A stretch of DNA of 63,794 bases, counting the filler, from Dicyema japonicum (Eukaryota; Animalia; Dicyemida): assembly GCA_011109175.1 (NCBI GenBank). It is 9 parts of 9 records of this genome, joined end to end, with 100 filler letters (N's around TTAATTAATTAA, not from the genome) between each part and the next. Parts side by side here need not be neighbours in the genome. Positions count along the whole stretch, not along the records: positions 48,620 to 54,399 come from RDEW01000040.1; positions 54,500 to 61,717 come from RDEW01000123.1; positions 61,818 to 63,794 come from RDEW01000182.1; 6 more parts are not named here. The stretch is one strand, 5' to 3'. Both the position numbers and the translations under genes were made by a program. Below the pieces are notes generated by a model that saw only the letters and a program-made list of their open reading frames with translations, was not told where the DNA came from and did not search any database. The stretch's first letter is position 1, and each line of letters begins with the position of its first letter. Positions 53,152 through 63,794 of the stretch are shown one piece after another.

Positions 53152-53786
53152 AACGTGCAAATTAGGAAAGGCTGAAAGAAAAAATAAAAAAAAAGAATTA
53201 ACAACAGAAATGCACAACACAAATACTCTGTGAAGAATTTTGAACAAGCAATATTAATAAATAAACTAAATAGTGTTTCTATTTTATATATATAGATGTG
53301 GTCTTAGAAGGGCAGTATGTTTTACAAGCTAATCTGCGCACTATATAAGAATTATTTATTCCAAAATTCAATTAATGATGATTTGGGTAATCTTTGTATG
53401 TTTTAAATTTTGACGTTTTTAGTGTGTCTTAAAATCCACACTGCTATTAGATCACATGGATGATTTATTTTTTACTTAAAAAATTCCATTATTCGAAAAT
53501 ATAATCGAAAGTGGTCACAACTGCAAATCTGCCTAGTTCATAATTGAATAAATATACTTATTCTTTCCAGTGAAAAGAGAAAATAAATTATACACGTGAA
53601 TTAGAACTATTAAACAGAATCAGGAAAGTAAGCGGAGGTCAAAAAATTGACGAGTTTGATATCCTAAATGAGACTGATTCATGGCGCNCTGCGACATCAC
53701 CACTCGGCATCTCTGGGAGCGACCAGTAATAGTCGTCGGCTTTCTACATGATATGAAGAAGTAAACAGCTAACTTACACTAATAAG

Positions 53787-54399
53787 TAGGGCAACCAAAA
53801 AATAGCAAAATTTTTGATAAAAATAGCAATTACCAAAGAAAAAAATAGCAAATAATAGCATTTTTCGAAATTTTAAACTTCAAAGGGAAAATTTAAAATT
53901 AATTTATAGAAAAAATTACAAAATTAATTATTATAATAAGAAACAACATCATCATTAATATTTTCTGGTTTATAATTCCTGTCTGTTGTTAGAATTTTTG
54001 AAATAAGAGATATTGCCCTTTCAACAGATGACGAACTTGGGCTACTTTTTGCCAAATTAGCATAAACTATTGGAGGAATGTTCTTGTTAGAAAAATGGAG
54101 AATATCAGATATTCCTGTTTTTTCTAGTTTCTTTATAATATAATTTTTTATATTGCACGGATCCGAATGAAAAATGATTGAATCTAACTCTTCATATGCA
54201 TTTTCCATCGAATATTCCTCATCTTCACTTTTCAAAATTAAGTCAATAATCTTTAAATAGTTTCTTCCAATCGTGGTTAGATCTTCGAATAAACTACTGG
54301 AAAGAATTGACTTTTTGGCCTATCATTATTATATAAATATTCACCTTATTAACTAATATTCCGTCTCCACTAAAATTTGATACAATTTTAATGACTTCA
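53787..54399 (-). mobile_element. 3' end of a hAT-like element of the TAGGGCAACCA family, with transposase C-terminal remnant
   Basis: TAGGGCAACCA at 53787-53797, AAATAGCA subterminal repeats, and ORF 54235-53924 with SSSSVERAISLISKILTTDRNYKPENI (hAT dimerisation-like motif). Confidence 0.7.
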
Positions 54400-54749
54400 N
54401 NNNNNNNNNNNNNNNNNNNNNNNNNNNNNNNNNNNNNNNNNNNTTAATTAATTAANNNNNNNNNNNNNNNNNNNNNNNNNNNNNNNNNNNNNNNNNNNNT
54501 ATGATTTAAACTATACGATTAATTAACTGATTGTTTTCAAAAACTTTAATATCATTGACTGCACTGATTATGTAAATGGGGCATGGAATATTTATTAGTC
54601 GTTCTATTTTTTGTTCTAAATTGTTTCCTTGAAATTATTAAAAATATCAGAAATTTTAATAAAACGTTCTTATTGTGCTTTAATATTATATTTAAAGTAT
54701 AATTTGTAAAATTAATTTTATTTAATTTACTGCAAAATAGAAACAAGCG

Positions 54750-55500
54750 CTGAGTAATTTGTACTTTTATTGTCCAAGTATTCGATTTGAAGCACCTCCC
54801 TCCGATTTCTAAATAAATTAAAATCTTTTAAATTACATTTTTTGTTACCACAAAGCTAATTATGTTTACTTTGTGATAGATGTTGATAAATTGTAAGTAA
54901 CAATCTTATGTCTCTGAGAAACGTCCAAAACTAAAGAATTCGACCAAGTTCTCAATTTTGCTAGATGTATAATTCCGTCATATAACTAGGATTCGTCTCA
55001 AGAAAGNTCTTTTAAATTACATTTTTTGTTACCACAAATCTAATTATGTTTACTTTGTGATAGATGTTGATAAATTGTAAGTAACAATCTTATGTCTCTG
55101 AGAAACGTCCAAAACTAAAGAATTCGACCAAGTTCTCAATTCCGCTAGATGTATAATTCCGTCATATAACTAGGATTCGTCTCAAGAAAGAGAGAATTGA
55201 TTTCCGGATATCTTCTTCCACATTAGGGATCTTCTATCGAAAAGCAGCCAATTTTTTAAATTAGATATTATTTTTTCGTAGCGTTTTGTAAATTACTATG
55301 CTTCAAGTCCGTATAATGAATTGGGGAGAATTACGATGTTATAGAAAAGTCCTTTGCTCAAGATGCAGTCTCCTGGGAAAACATGGAGTTGCTATAGTCT
55401 TTTTTATTTGTAGAAAAGTATGTGATATATAACCCAGATTCGTGAGAATGTCATATTTTGAACAGCAAGTGTGCTGTTATGGAGTTCTTATGAATGCAGA
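54750..55500 (-). mobile_element. Decayed non-LTR RT C-terminal remnant
   Basis: FYNIVILPNSLYGLEA resembles the LY..(V/I)LP.LLYG.E motif; otherwise heavily degraded. Confidence 0.4.
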
Positions 55501-55631
55501 CTTTTCAAAAACATAGAGAGTAGATTACTACTAGTTAATTAAGAACTCTTTCGCGTAGCCCTAAATGGATTTCGCTTGAGCCATGGTAGCAGCCATCTTG
55601 TTTCTGCCCCTCCTTTGAACATCATCCAGAT

Positions 55632-57289
55632 CGGTGGTTCTCAACGGTGGGCGATTCGCCCCCTAGGGGGCGATTTTTTTTGGTAGGGGGGCGATTTATT
55701 CTGCCAGGGGGGCGATGGTTAATTGCTAATATTTGAAAAATTAAAATCTTATGTTAGAAGTCGATAATCTTTGAAAAAATAAAGATATATAATCATTTTT
55801 ATTATATTTTATTTAAATTTCTAAGCGTGATTTCTAGTTATCTTTATGGGTCGTGTTCAAAAAAAGTCAGAATGTATAAAGATGAATATATTTCTCTTGG
55901 ATTTTTAAAAACTTAAATGAAGTTTCATTGGCTTTACAAGGAGATTATGTTAATTTAATTGATTGAAAACGAATTATAAATACATTCATTGAAAAAAAGC
56001 AATTTTACAAATTTAATTTAAGTAATAGAAAATTTGGAAATTCGATTTTTATGACCACACTTTTGATGAAAACGATTTGAAAATTTATGAATTTCATTTA
56101 GAATCTTTGGACCAAGATTTGAAAAAAAGATTTAATTAATTAAAATTTTTCTGATTGATGATTAATCCTTGGGTGCCCATTCATTATGATTTTGATGATG
56201 AATGTCAAGAAGAATTAATAAAACTAAAAAACGACGNTATGACCACACTTTTGATGAAAACGATCTGAAAATTTATGAATTTCATTTATAATCTTTGGAC
56301 CAAGATTTGAATGGATGATTAATCCTTGGGTGCCCATTCATTATGATTCTGATGATAAATGTCAAGAAGAATTAATAGAACTAAAAAACGACGAAGGACT
56401 CAAAATAAAATTTAAAAATGACAACCTGACACAATTCTGGAGAGAAAAATCTATAAAAATAAAATTCCCGAAATTATGGGAAAAAATGATGCCAATAATA
56501 TTATGTTTTCCTACATCATACTGCGTAGAGAGAGGATTCAGCACTCTGAATAGTATGATCGGAAAAAAAGAAACAAACTAAACATAGAAGAAAGAGGAGA
56601 CATTAGAATTGCACTTACGAAAAGAAGTACAAATTTTGAAAAACTTGTGAATCTTCATCAACCACAAGGATCTCATTAAAACTCTTATTTTTTAAATAAA
56701 AAATATTTCTAATACTTAGTTAATAGTAATATTATTACTAATGAAATAAGGGGGCGATACAANAAAAAGAAACAAATTAAACATAGAAGAAAGAGGAGAC
56801 ATTAGAATTGCACTTACGAAAAAAAGTACAAATTTTGAAAAACTTGTCAATCTTCATCAACCACAAGGATCTCATTAAAACTCTTATTTTTTAAATAAAA
56901 AATATTTCTAATACTTTTTTTTATGATTCTATGTAGTTGCTCAGTTAATAAATTAAGAGAAGAAATTGAAGCCTGCTGCCTGTATTGAAAACGAGTTGCC
57001 TCGGAGTATGGCTATTCCAATCCTTTGTCTTAGCCATACTCCTTCTCGATGATCCCTCTTCTTTGTGGCGAGCATTCCTCCGAGTTCGCGCAAGAACTCG
57101 GCAGTCGCTGGACCAACTGCTCCCGATGACTCGGTCGCAACAGGGGTGAATCTGTAGCGGTCCCCGAGGAATTCTAATACTTACTTAATAGTAATATTAT
57201 TACTAATGAAATAAGGGGGCGATACAAAAATTGGAGGGGCGAAAAAAATTCCAAGGGGGCGATACAAAAATAAAGGTTGAGAACCACTG
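55632..57289 (+). mobile_element. Internally deleted hAT (Buster/Charlie-type) element
   Basis: TIRs CGGTGGTTCTCAAC (55632-55645) and GTTGAGAACCACTG (57276-57289); GGGGGCGA subterminal repeats; transposase start MGRVQKKVRMYKDEYISLGF and C-terminus FPTSYCVERGFS..RGDIRIALT..HQPQGSH*. The flanking 8-mers do not match. Confidence 0.88.
56917..57171 (-). mobile_element. 5'-truncated CRE-like retrotransposon insertion with poly(A) tail and 11-bp TSD
   Basis: Minus strand reads FLGDRYRFTPVATESSGAVGPATAEFLRELG..WLRQRIGIAILRGNSFSI followed by an A tail. TTCTAATACTT is duplicated at 56906-56916 and 57172-57182. Confidence 0.9.
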
Positions 57290-57479
57290 CGTTAATGCAT
57301 GCTTCAAAAACACTAATGCTTGAAGCTTTAATGCTAGTGGTTTCGACGTTAAAGCTCGGAGAACCCTATATTATTTGTATCCTGGACTCAGTCCGGCTTT
57401 TTTAATATATGGCTATTTTAAATCGGAACTATATATAACCCATATTGGCTGGTCTTATCGAACCAGGATCTGCTCTAGC

Positions 57480-57912
57480 GAACATATCTACCATACTCAC
57501 GTGATAGGTTTCCAAGATAAGTCTATCCTACTTGTCATAACCTCCAATTAAGCAAATCAGGCCAAACATATAGGAATGGTCCAAGTTATAACTAATAAAT
57601 AATGAAGATAGCAATTCTTAAATAATTCCACAAAATTAAACCAATTAGTTTTACCAAGTTAAATAGACAACCAAAAAATGCAGAAAAACAACATAAAAGG
57701 CAAAGATGACTTTAACTTGATAATTCCTAGTCAAAAAGACGAATCTAAAAACAATCAAAAAATGCCAACAGCAGCAAATCCGATATCTTTCTCGTAGACT
57801 GTGACCTCTGAGGAGGCGTCAACTCGATAGAAACAGGCTGACTTTCCAACAACGAGGAAATATACATATCATTTCGACGGATCTGATCATTCAATTCACT
57901 CACTTTGCCCAA
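57480..57912 (-). CDS. Unidentified, probably membrane-protein exons, partial
   Basis: Open frame LGKVSELNDQIRRNDMYISSLLESQP followed by hydrophobic segments with tiny-intron-like breaks. It is not WD40-like, so probably not part of PRPF19. Confidence 0.3.
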
Positions 57913-58874
57913 NNNNNNNNNNNNNNNNNNNNNNNNNNNNNNNNNNNNNNNNNNNNNNNNNNNNNNNNNNNNNNNNNNNNNNNNNNNNNNNNNNNNNNNN
58001 NNNNNNNNNNNNNNNNNNNNNNNNNNNNNNNNNNNNNNNNNNNNNNNNNNNNNNNNNNNNNNNNNNNNNNNNNNNNNNNNNNNNNNNNNNNNNNNNNNNN
58101 NNNNNNNNNNNNNNNNNNNNNNNNNNNNNNNNNNNNNNNNNNNNNNNNNNNNNNNNNNNNNNNNNNNNNNNNNNNNNNNNNNNNNNNNNNNNNNNNNNNN
58201 NNNNNNNNNNNNNNNNNNNNNNNNNNNNNNNNNNNNNNNNNNNNNNNNNNNNNNNNNNNNNNNNNNNNNNNNNNNNNNNNNNNNNNNNNNNNNNNNNNNN
58301 NNNNNNNNNNNNNNNNNNNNNNNNNNNNNNNNNNNNNNNNNNNNNNNNNNNNNNNNNNNNNNNNNNNNNNNNNNNNNNNNNNNNNNNNNNNNNNNNNNNN
58401 NNNNNNNNNNNNNNNNNNNNNNNNNNNNNNNNNNNNNNNNNNNNNNNNNNNNNNNNNNNNNNNNNNNNNNNNNNNNNNNNNNNNNNNNNNNNNNNNNNNN
58501 NNNNNNNNNNNNNNNNNNNNNNNNNNNNNNNNNNNNNNNNNNNNNNNNNNNNNNNNNNNNNNNNNNNNNNNNNNNNNNNNNNNNNNNNNNNNNNNNNNNN
58601 NNNNNNNNNNNNNNNNNNNNNNNNNNNNNNNNNNNNNNNNNNNNNNNNNNNNNNNNNNNNNNNNNNNNNNNNNNNNNNNNNNNNNNNNNNNNNNNNNNNN
58701 NNNNNNNNNNNNNNNNNNNNNNNNNNNNNNNNNNNNNNNNNNNNNNNNNNNNNNNNNNNNNNNNNNNNNNNNNNNNNNNNNNNNNNNNNNNNNNNNNNNN
58801 NNNNNNNNNNNNNNNNNNNNNNNNNNNNNNNNNNNNNNNNNNNNNNNNNNNNNNNNNNNNNNNNNNNNNNNNNN

Positions 58875-59754
58875 TACTAAATACACTATATCTTGATAAA
58901 AGTTTATAGTTTCGAACTTCGTCTATCGTTGCTACCCCTGGAATTCCAATTTTACTTCTCTGCAGTAAATGATAATAAATTAACATTACTTTTTTTCGTT
59001 CAGAAGTGAGAATAGCCGAATGCTTTTGAAGCTATAAATAAAAGTTGAGCTATGAATAATAATAACTGAATCCAAGATCTGCTCACTTATTCCAATCGGT
59101 TCAAGGCCTGTAGATCGAACAACTTTAGAGGAAATCGACGACTGTGGTTTAAAAGTAGCAATAGCTGTTCATATTAATAATATACGTCACCTTCCCGAGC
59201 AACAGCAAGCTCCTTAGTTAATCGGGCGATTACTCGGCACGCAGCATCGTGTTGATAAAGTGTATGTGAAAGTTCTATACGAAGAATACTCAAACATAAA
59301 AAAAACCTTGTCTCACTGTCTGCAATTGTTTTCTAAGTGTGAAATTATTCAGCATGATAGAATCCTAGTGAATAGTAGTATGGAGGAAAACCCATTCGTC
59401 TTGAAGACTCTTCAAAATGCCAGGAACACTAGCACTAAGACTAGAAGGTGGCTTTACAAGATTATTAGCTATTGAATTATTTTATTACAGATAATTACAT
59501 TTTATTTCAATAAGCATTTCCTGAGTTAATTTATCTCCATTAATAGGATCAATATCGCCTTGTTCTTTAAGGTATTTTAAAATTAAATCCCTATTAAAAA
59601 CGGCTCCAGATACTGGCGAAACAACAGGATTTTCAGGAATTTCATTGCTTACTAAAAAATATAATTAATAAAATAATAAATAATATTCAAATATGCAAAA
59701 TCCACATATAAATTAAATAGATAAATAAAACATACGAGAACAAAACAGCGACAT
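58875..59754 (-). CDS. PRPF19: Pre-mRNA-processing factor 19 (U-box plus coiled coil), 3' part in gap
   Basis: Reads [48 protein letters not shown] and [21 protein letters not shown]. First intron 84 nt (59735-59652); the next ones are about 27-32 nt. Confidence 0.95.
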
Positions 59755-60826
59755 GATTTTAATCACACATTTAAAAAAAGTTTATTTAATAAATTAAAAT
59801 ATAAATTATTTCTGATTAATTAAAAATGAGATCAATTTGAGTAAAGTAAAAAAATCAAACTCAGTTCGTCGATAACATCGCCGGCGAAAGGATTGACTTA
59901 AAATTCCCCCTGAGAATGGCAAAGGAAATCCTTTGGAATAGCCAGCTCTTCTCGCGGCAGTCATAGATCTTGGAGAATTAACTAAAATGCTTTCTAAATT
60001 GAATAATTTTACAGTTTTGTTCTTAAGACAGATTCTTTTCATTAGTAGCAATAACTATTTTTGAAAATAATTATACATTAATTTTTCAACAGAACCACCT
60101 GCGAAGTGGGTAGAGAACATCAAATTCTGGAATATCATGTTAGAAAATAAAATATGTTTATATCGGATGCGCTAAACATCCTCGATCGATAACCCCAGAA
60201 ATGGATCTTTGATTGGCTTTCTTGTGCTACTATTATTATCCACTTTCGCGATGCCATGTATCATGACAAAGCTTGAGCAGCACAGGAAACAATAAGAGCA
60301 TTCTTGTGTTTACATGTTAAATAGAGGAAAGATGTCACCAAATGATTGAAATCTGGGGACCTTTTAATTTTAGTTATTGAAAGGGTGACCTTTTAATTTT
60401 AGTTTCTATTTATTATTATAGTCCGACCCCAAGCTTAAGGCACGCTCAAGTTACTTAGGCACCGCGCATTTTCGACGGTTTATCAAGAAAACGCAATTTT
60501 AATGAGCCAATTAATAATGTTAAAACCGCGTTTTTGTGCCATTTGTAATAAGTAATTAAGTAAAAATAGATTTTGATTTAAATCAAATAAAATTTTTTAA
60601 TAATGTATTGTATAAATCGATTATTTAAAAAAATTCACAAGACATTCAAGGAGATTTCCAAATCACTGTGTAATCTGCACACAAATGCCTTGTTGTCATA
60701 AGTTTTTGAAATATAATTCGTTTGATATCCCGACATCTTGTGCCAGCCACACAATTTTTTTAAGAACAAGAAAGTTAGTTATTCTAATTAATTCAAAATT
60801 AGGAGCCCAACTATACCATTTTCAGT

Positions 60827-61015
60827 TCAATTCTGACAATTTTTATATCTATTTTGACTATGCGATATTCAATTTTGACATTTTTTATATCAATTTTAAC
60901 AATACGATATTCAATTTTAACATTTTTTAAATCTATTTTGACAAAGCAATATTCAATTTTGACAATGCGATAAGCAATATTGACATATTTTAAATCTATT
61001 TCGACAAAATTTTTA
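60827..61015. repeat. Degenerate 21-bp tandem repeat, 9 units
   Basis: Units such as TCAATTTTGACATTTTTTATA and TCTATTTTGACTATGCGATAT in exact 21-bp register. Confidence 0.85.
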
Positions 61016-61717
61016 AGAGCCATATCTTACGCGATCGTGCGTAAGGCTCCAGAGACAATGGACGAGATTTCTCTCTATTTGTACTCGGCACAGACAACCT
61101 ACGAAGAGATAACCCAAAAGCCCAGGCCAAAGAGTAGGTGGAGGGAAAACATTGCCGCGAAGATAGCCGCAAGAAAGGCCGAGCTGGAAGCGCTGACTGG
61201 GCACATTCACAATGTGAGCAATGGGGTCAAGGGCAAGACTCCCCCCTTGGTGCGTACTGTACTTCGTCGTGAACGAGCTGCCAAATGGGACCTCAACGAG
61301 TTGAGGCGTGTCCGGGCAGAGAGGGAGGAGCTGATTCTCGTTTATCAGAAGAAGCTCTCAACTCATGAGTCTCGGTGTCAGTTTAGGCGAGAGAACAACC
61401 TGTTCGAGTTTAATCGCAGGCTGTTCTATCGTCGGCTGCACGGAGAGACGAAGGAGGGTACCCAGCAGAAGGCCGAAATGCTTGACACATGGGGGAGTAT
61501 GTGGAAAGCACGTTCTCGCAAGGGTGTGTCGTTTCCGTTTTGTGGATCCGATGCTCCCTTGATGACCGAGTCTTGTGGTGTCTCTGACATCCGCAAGAAG
61601 TTTGATGAAGCAGTAACCCGTCTCTCTGACTGGAAGACAACTGGGGTCGATAAAGTGTATAATTTCTATATAAAAAATTGCAAACCTCTCCATGATTGCA
61701 TGTGTCGAGCAATCGAA
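61016..61717 (+). mobile_element. RLE-type (R4/Dong-like) non-LTR retrotransposon, pre-RT region, runs into gap
   Basis: Uninterrupted frame with RWRENI, FRRENNLFEFNRRLFYRRL, WGSMW and LSDWKTTGVDKVYNFYIK (RT domain 0). Confidence 0.75.
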
Positions 61718-61817
61718 NNNNNNNNNNNNNNNNNNNNNNNNNNNNNNNNNNNNNNNNNNNNTTAATTAATTAANNNNNNNNNNNNNNNNNNNNNNNNNNN
61801 NNNNNNNNNNNNNNNNN

Positions 61818-63050
61818 TCGTAAACTCAAGCTGCTATAGATCTCAAGGTTGAGTTTTGCATTTGCTGTAATTTTTGGAGGCTGAGTGATATGGATGATTC
61901 CAACTTAAGGAATATATTTAAGCGTTATTCTGATCAATTATTTGTGAGGACTAGACATTTTTAGATAACCCGTTTGCTTGATCTGCTACTCCACAAACAA
62001 TTGTTACTNAATTTTTGTAATGATCATCCAATGATAGAATCTTTGTTTCTCAATGTAAATGGCCAACATTCGTAAACTCAAGCAGCTATAGATCTCAAGG
62101 TTGAATTTTGCATTTGCTGTAACTTTTTGGAGGCTGAGTGATATGGATGATTCCAACTTGAGGAATATATTTAAGCGTTATTCTGATCAATTATTTGTGA
62201 GGACTAGACATTTTTAGATAACCCGTTTGCTTGACCTGCTACTCCACAAACAATTGTTACTGCACAAAAAATGATCATTTGCTTTCCCCTCGAACATTAT
62301 TGGAGGGTTCCCACGACTCCAAAGACTGGATGTTTTCCTTCCTTACGCTAGATCTGGATAAAGAGATTTAGTTAATTTGGAACACTAGCTGAATCTAATT
62401 GGATGTTTAATTTTTGAATGCAATGATGAGAGTTGTGTGAGTCGTGGATGTGTTGCTGTAGTGAAGGTTCGAAAGTTAAAGGGAAAGGATTGATCCCTCA
62501 AGGTATCGAAAATTTTACATATAAGGGTTTAGACAGGTTTGACCAATCTCTTGGAAAGAAAATTTGTTATTTGTGATTCCCAAACTAAAGGAATAGCGAT
62601 GATTTGATCTTGTTGGAAAGGACTACGAGAGATGTGTTGGAATGATTTTGTTAGGTTGATAACAACCACAACAGTTATTTCAAGTGGAAAAAAATAGTTA
62701 AACTGCCTGATATAAAATGTGTCAAAGAGATGACGTGGTTGAGTGGATCAACAAAGGCCATGTCGTGCTTTGGAAAGGTTGAGGTGACATATTTTATTAA
62801 GTCTTATTCTCTCAAAAATCTTCAATACAACTGAAAGGAAAATAGGTTTGTAGGACGAAAAGTCAGAAGAATCTTTAACTTTCATGAGAGGGATGATGAT
62901 CGACTGATGCTATGTAGCATATGTTTATGGATTATTCAAAGATATCTTTGAGTTTATCAAGTCCCTTAGGTCCAGGATGTTTGAGAAGGTGAATGAGTCC
63001 ATTAGGGCATTTCAAGCTCAGTTATCATTATAAGCAACAACATAGAATTA
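61818..63050 (-). mobile_element. Jockey/I-like reverse transcriptase, degenerate
   Basis: Reads LLKHPGPKGLDKLKDIF, IIPLMK.KDSSDFSSYKPIFL..VLKIFERI, YSSSW and KLQQMQNSTLR. Confidence 0.65.
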
Positions 63051-63094
63051 TGCAACCATTCGTGACACGTTTGCATGATCCTCAATACCAGTCT

Positions 63095-63470
63095 ATCCTA
63101 CCCTCTCCTGTTCGATGCAAGACTACTGAGGTCTTCACTGTCCCTTAGTTTTCTGTTCACTGGTATCAGGTCACTATTCATGACTTCGGGAAGCTTTGTA
63201 CGTTGACGATCGCGAAACTTTTCCCAAAATGTTTCGAAGAATTTTTCCATGATGTTTGCTGGCGTGTCTAGCTCCATTCTTAGGATGTGACCAATTGACG
63301 ATCGCGAAACTTTTCCCAAAATGTTTCGAAGAATTTTTCCATGATGTTTGCTGGCGTGTCTAGCTCCATTCTTAGGATGTGACCAAACAGTTTCCAGCGA
63401 ATTTTCATGATCAGAGTGCTCAGAGGTCCAGAAGAACATCTTTTGTACAATACTTCACTCCTTATTGGCT
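63095..63470 (-). mobile_element. RTE-like 3' fragment with an internal tandem duplication of about 90 bp
   Basis: Reads RWKLFGHILRMELDTPANIMEKFF and RTKLPEVMNSDL; about 63204-63293 is repeated at about 63295-63384. Confidence 0.75.
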
Positions 63471-63559
63471 ACTTTGTCCCAAGAAAAATCGTAGTTGCTT
63501 TTGAAAGGAGTTATCAAGCTCAGTTATATTAAATTATCTAGCTTTATATGAGTTATTCA

Positions 63560-63794
63560 GAATTAAATTAAATTAAATTATTAACCCCGGCTTCGCCAGC
63601 AAGTGGGAAGCCGGCGACCATCAAAGAGCGTGCAGTCCGGACAGGCCGCTCCCAGAGATCCTCGACTTTTGCATCCGGTGGTCCAGGGCAGGGAAAAAGG
63701 TCTCGAACTACTCTGCCAGCCAGAAAAGGGTGGTGTCCACACCGTAGGCGAGCCAGTCCGATTCTGATCTTCCTCGGGAGCGATTGTTCCGTTG
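63560..63794 (-). mobile_element. Possible 3' end of a non-LTR element
   Basis: GC-rich segment containing LWERPV on the minus strand, followed by a (TAATT)n-like tail. Cut by the window edge. Confidence 0.3.

Noticed and set aside
60827-61015. Regularly spaced repeats as a possible CRISPR array
   Set aside because: The units are contiguous degenerate 21-mers without unique spacers, in a eukaryotic context with no cas genes.
41724-62260. Direct repeats of about 150-200 bp flanking single N characters (e.g. 41913, 42657, 44633, 49264, 49755, 53007, 55007, 56237, 56763, 62009)
   Set aside because: The pattern fits unmerged overlapping contig ends or haplotypes joined by one N. They are not counted as real tandem repeats or LTRs.

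Overview
AT-rich eukaryotic nuclear DNA from a gapped draft scaffold, dominated by decayed transposable elements. These include non-LTR retrotransposons (CRE-like, RTE-like, Jockey/I-like and R4/Dong-like fragments), three hAT families and one near-complete Tc1/mariner element. Islands of very compact host genes lie between them: beta-tubulin (disrupted), a condensin CAP-D2 fragment, SNX1/2, a Rho GTPase, mitochondrial PNPase, eIF3f, WDR45/WIPI4-like, a PAP2 phosphatase and PRPF19. The defining feature is that almost every intron I could delimit is only 23-30 nt long, including several GC-AG introns, under the standard genetic code. This suggests a genome-reduced animal parasite; dicyemid-like is my inference and is not established. 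Most notable observations: (1) a hAT transposase whose reading frame is intact only after four 25-29 nt introns are removed; (2) a Rho GTPase lacking the Rho insert helix; (3) a WIPI4-like propeller that has lost the FRRG phosphoinositide motif; (4) a CRE-like retrotransposon with an N-terminal PHD finger in a fold-back arrangement; (5) a 5'-truncated CRE insertion whose filled and empty sites are both present in the assembly. Many frameshifts are homopolymer contractions and many short duplications flank single-N joins, so some apparent pseudogenes and repeats are probably assembly artefacts. Protein identities come from hand translation and motif recognition, not database searches.
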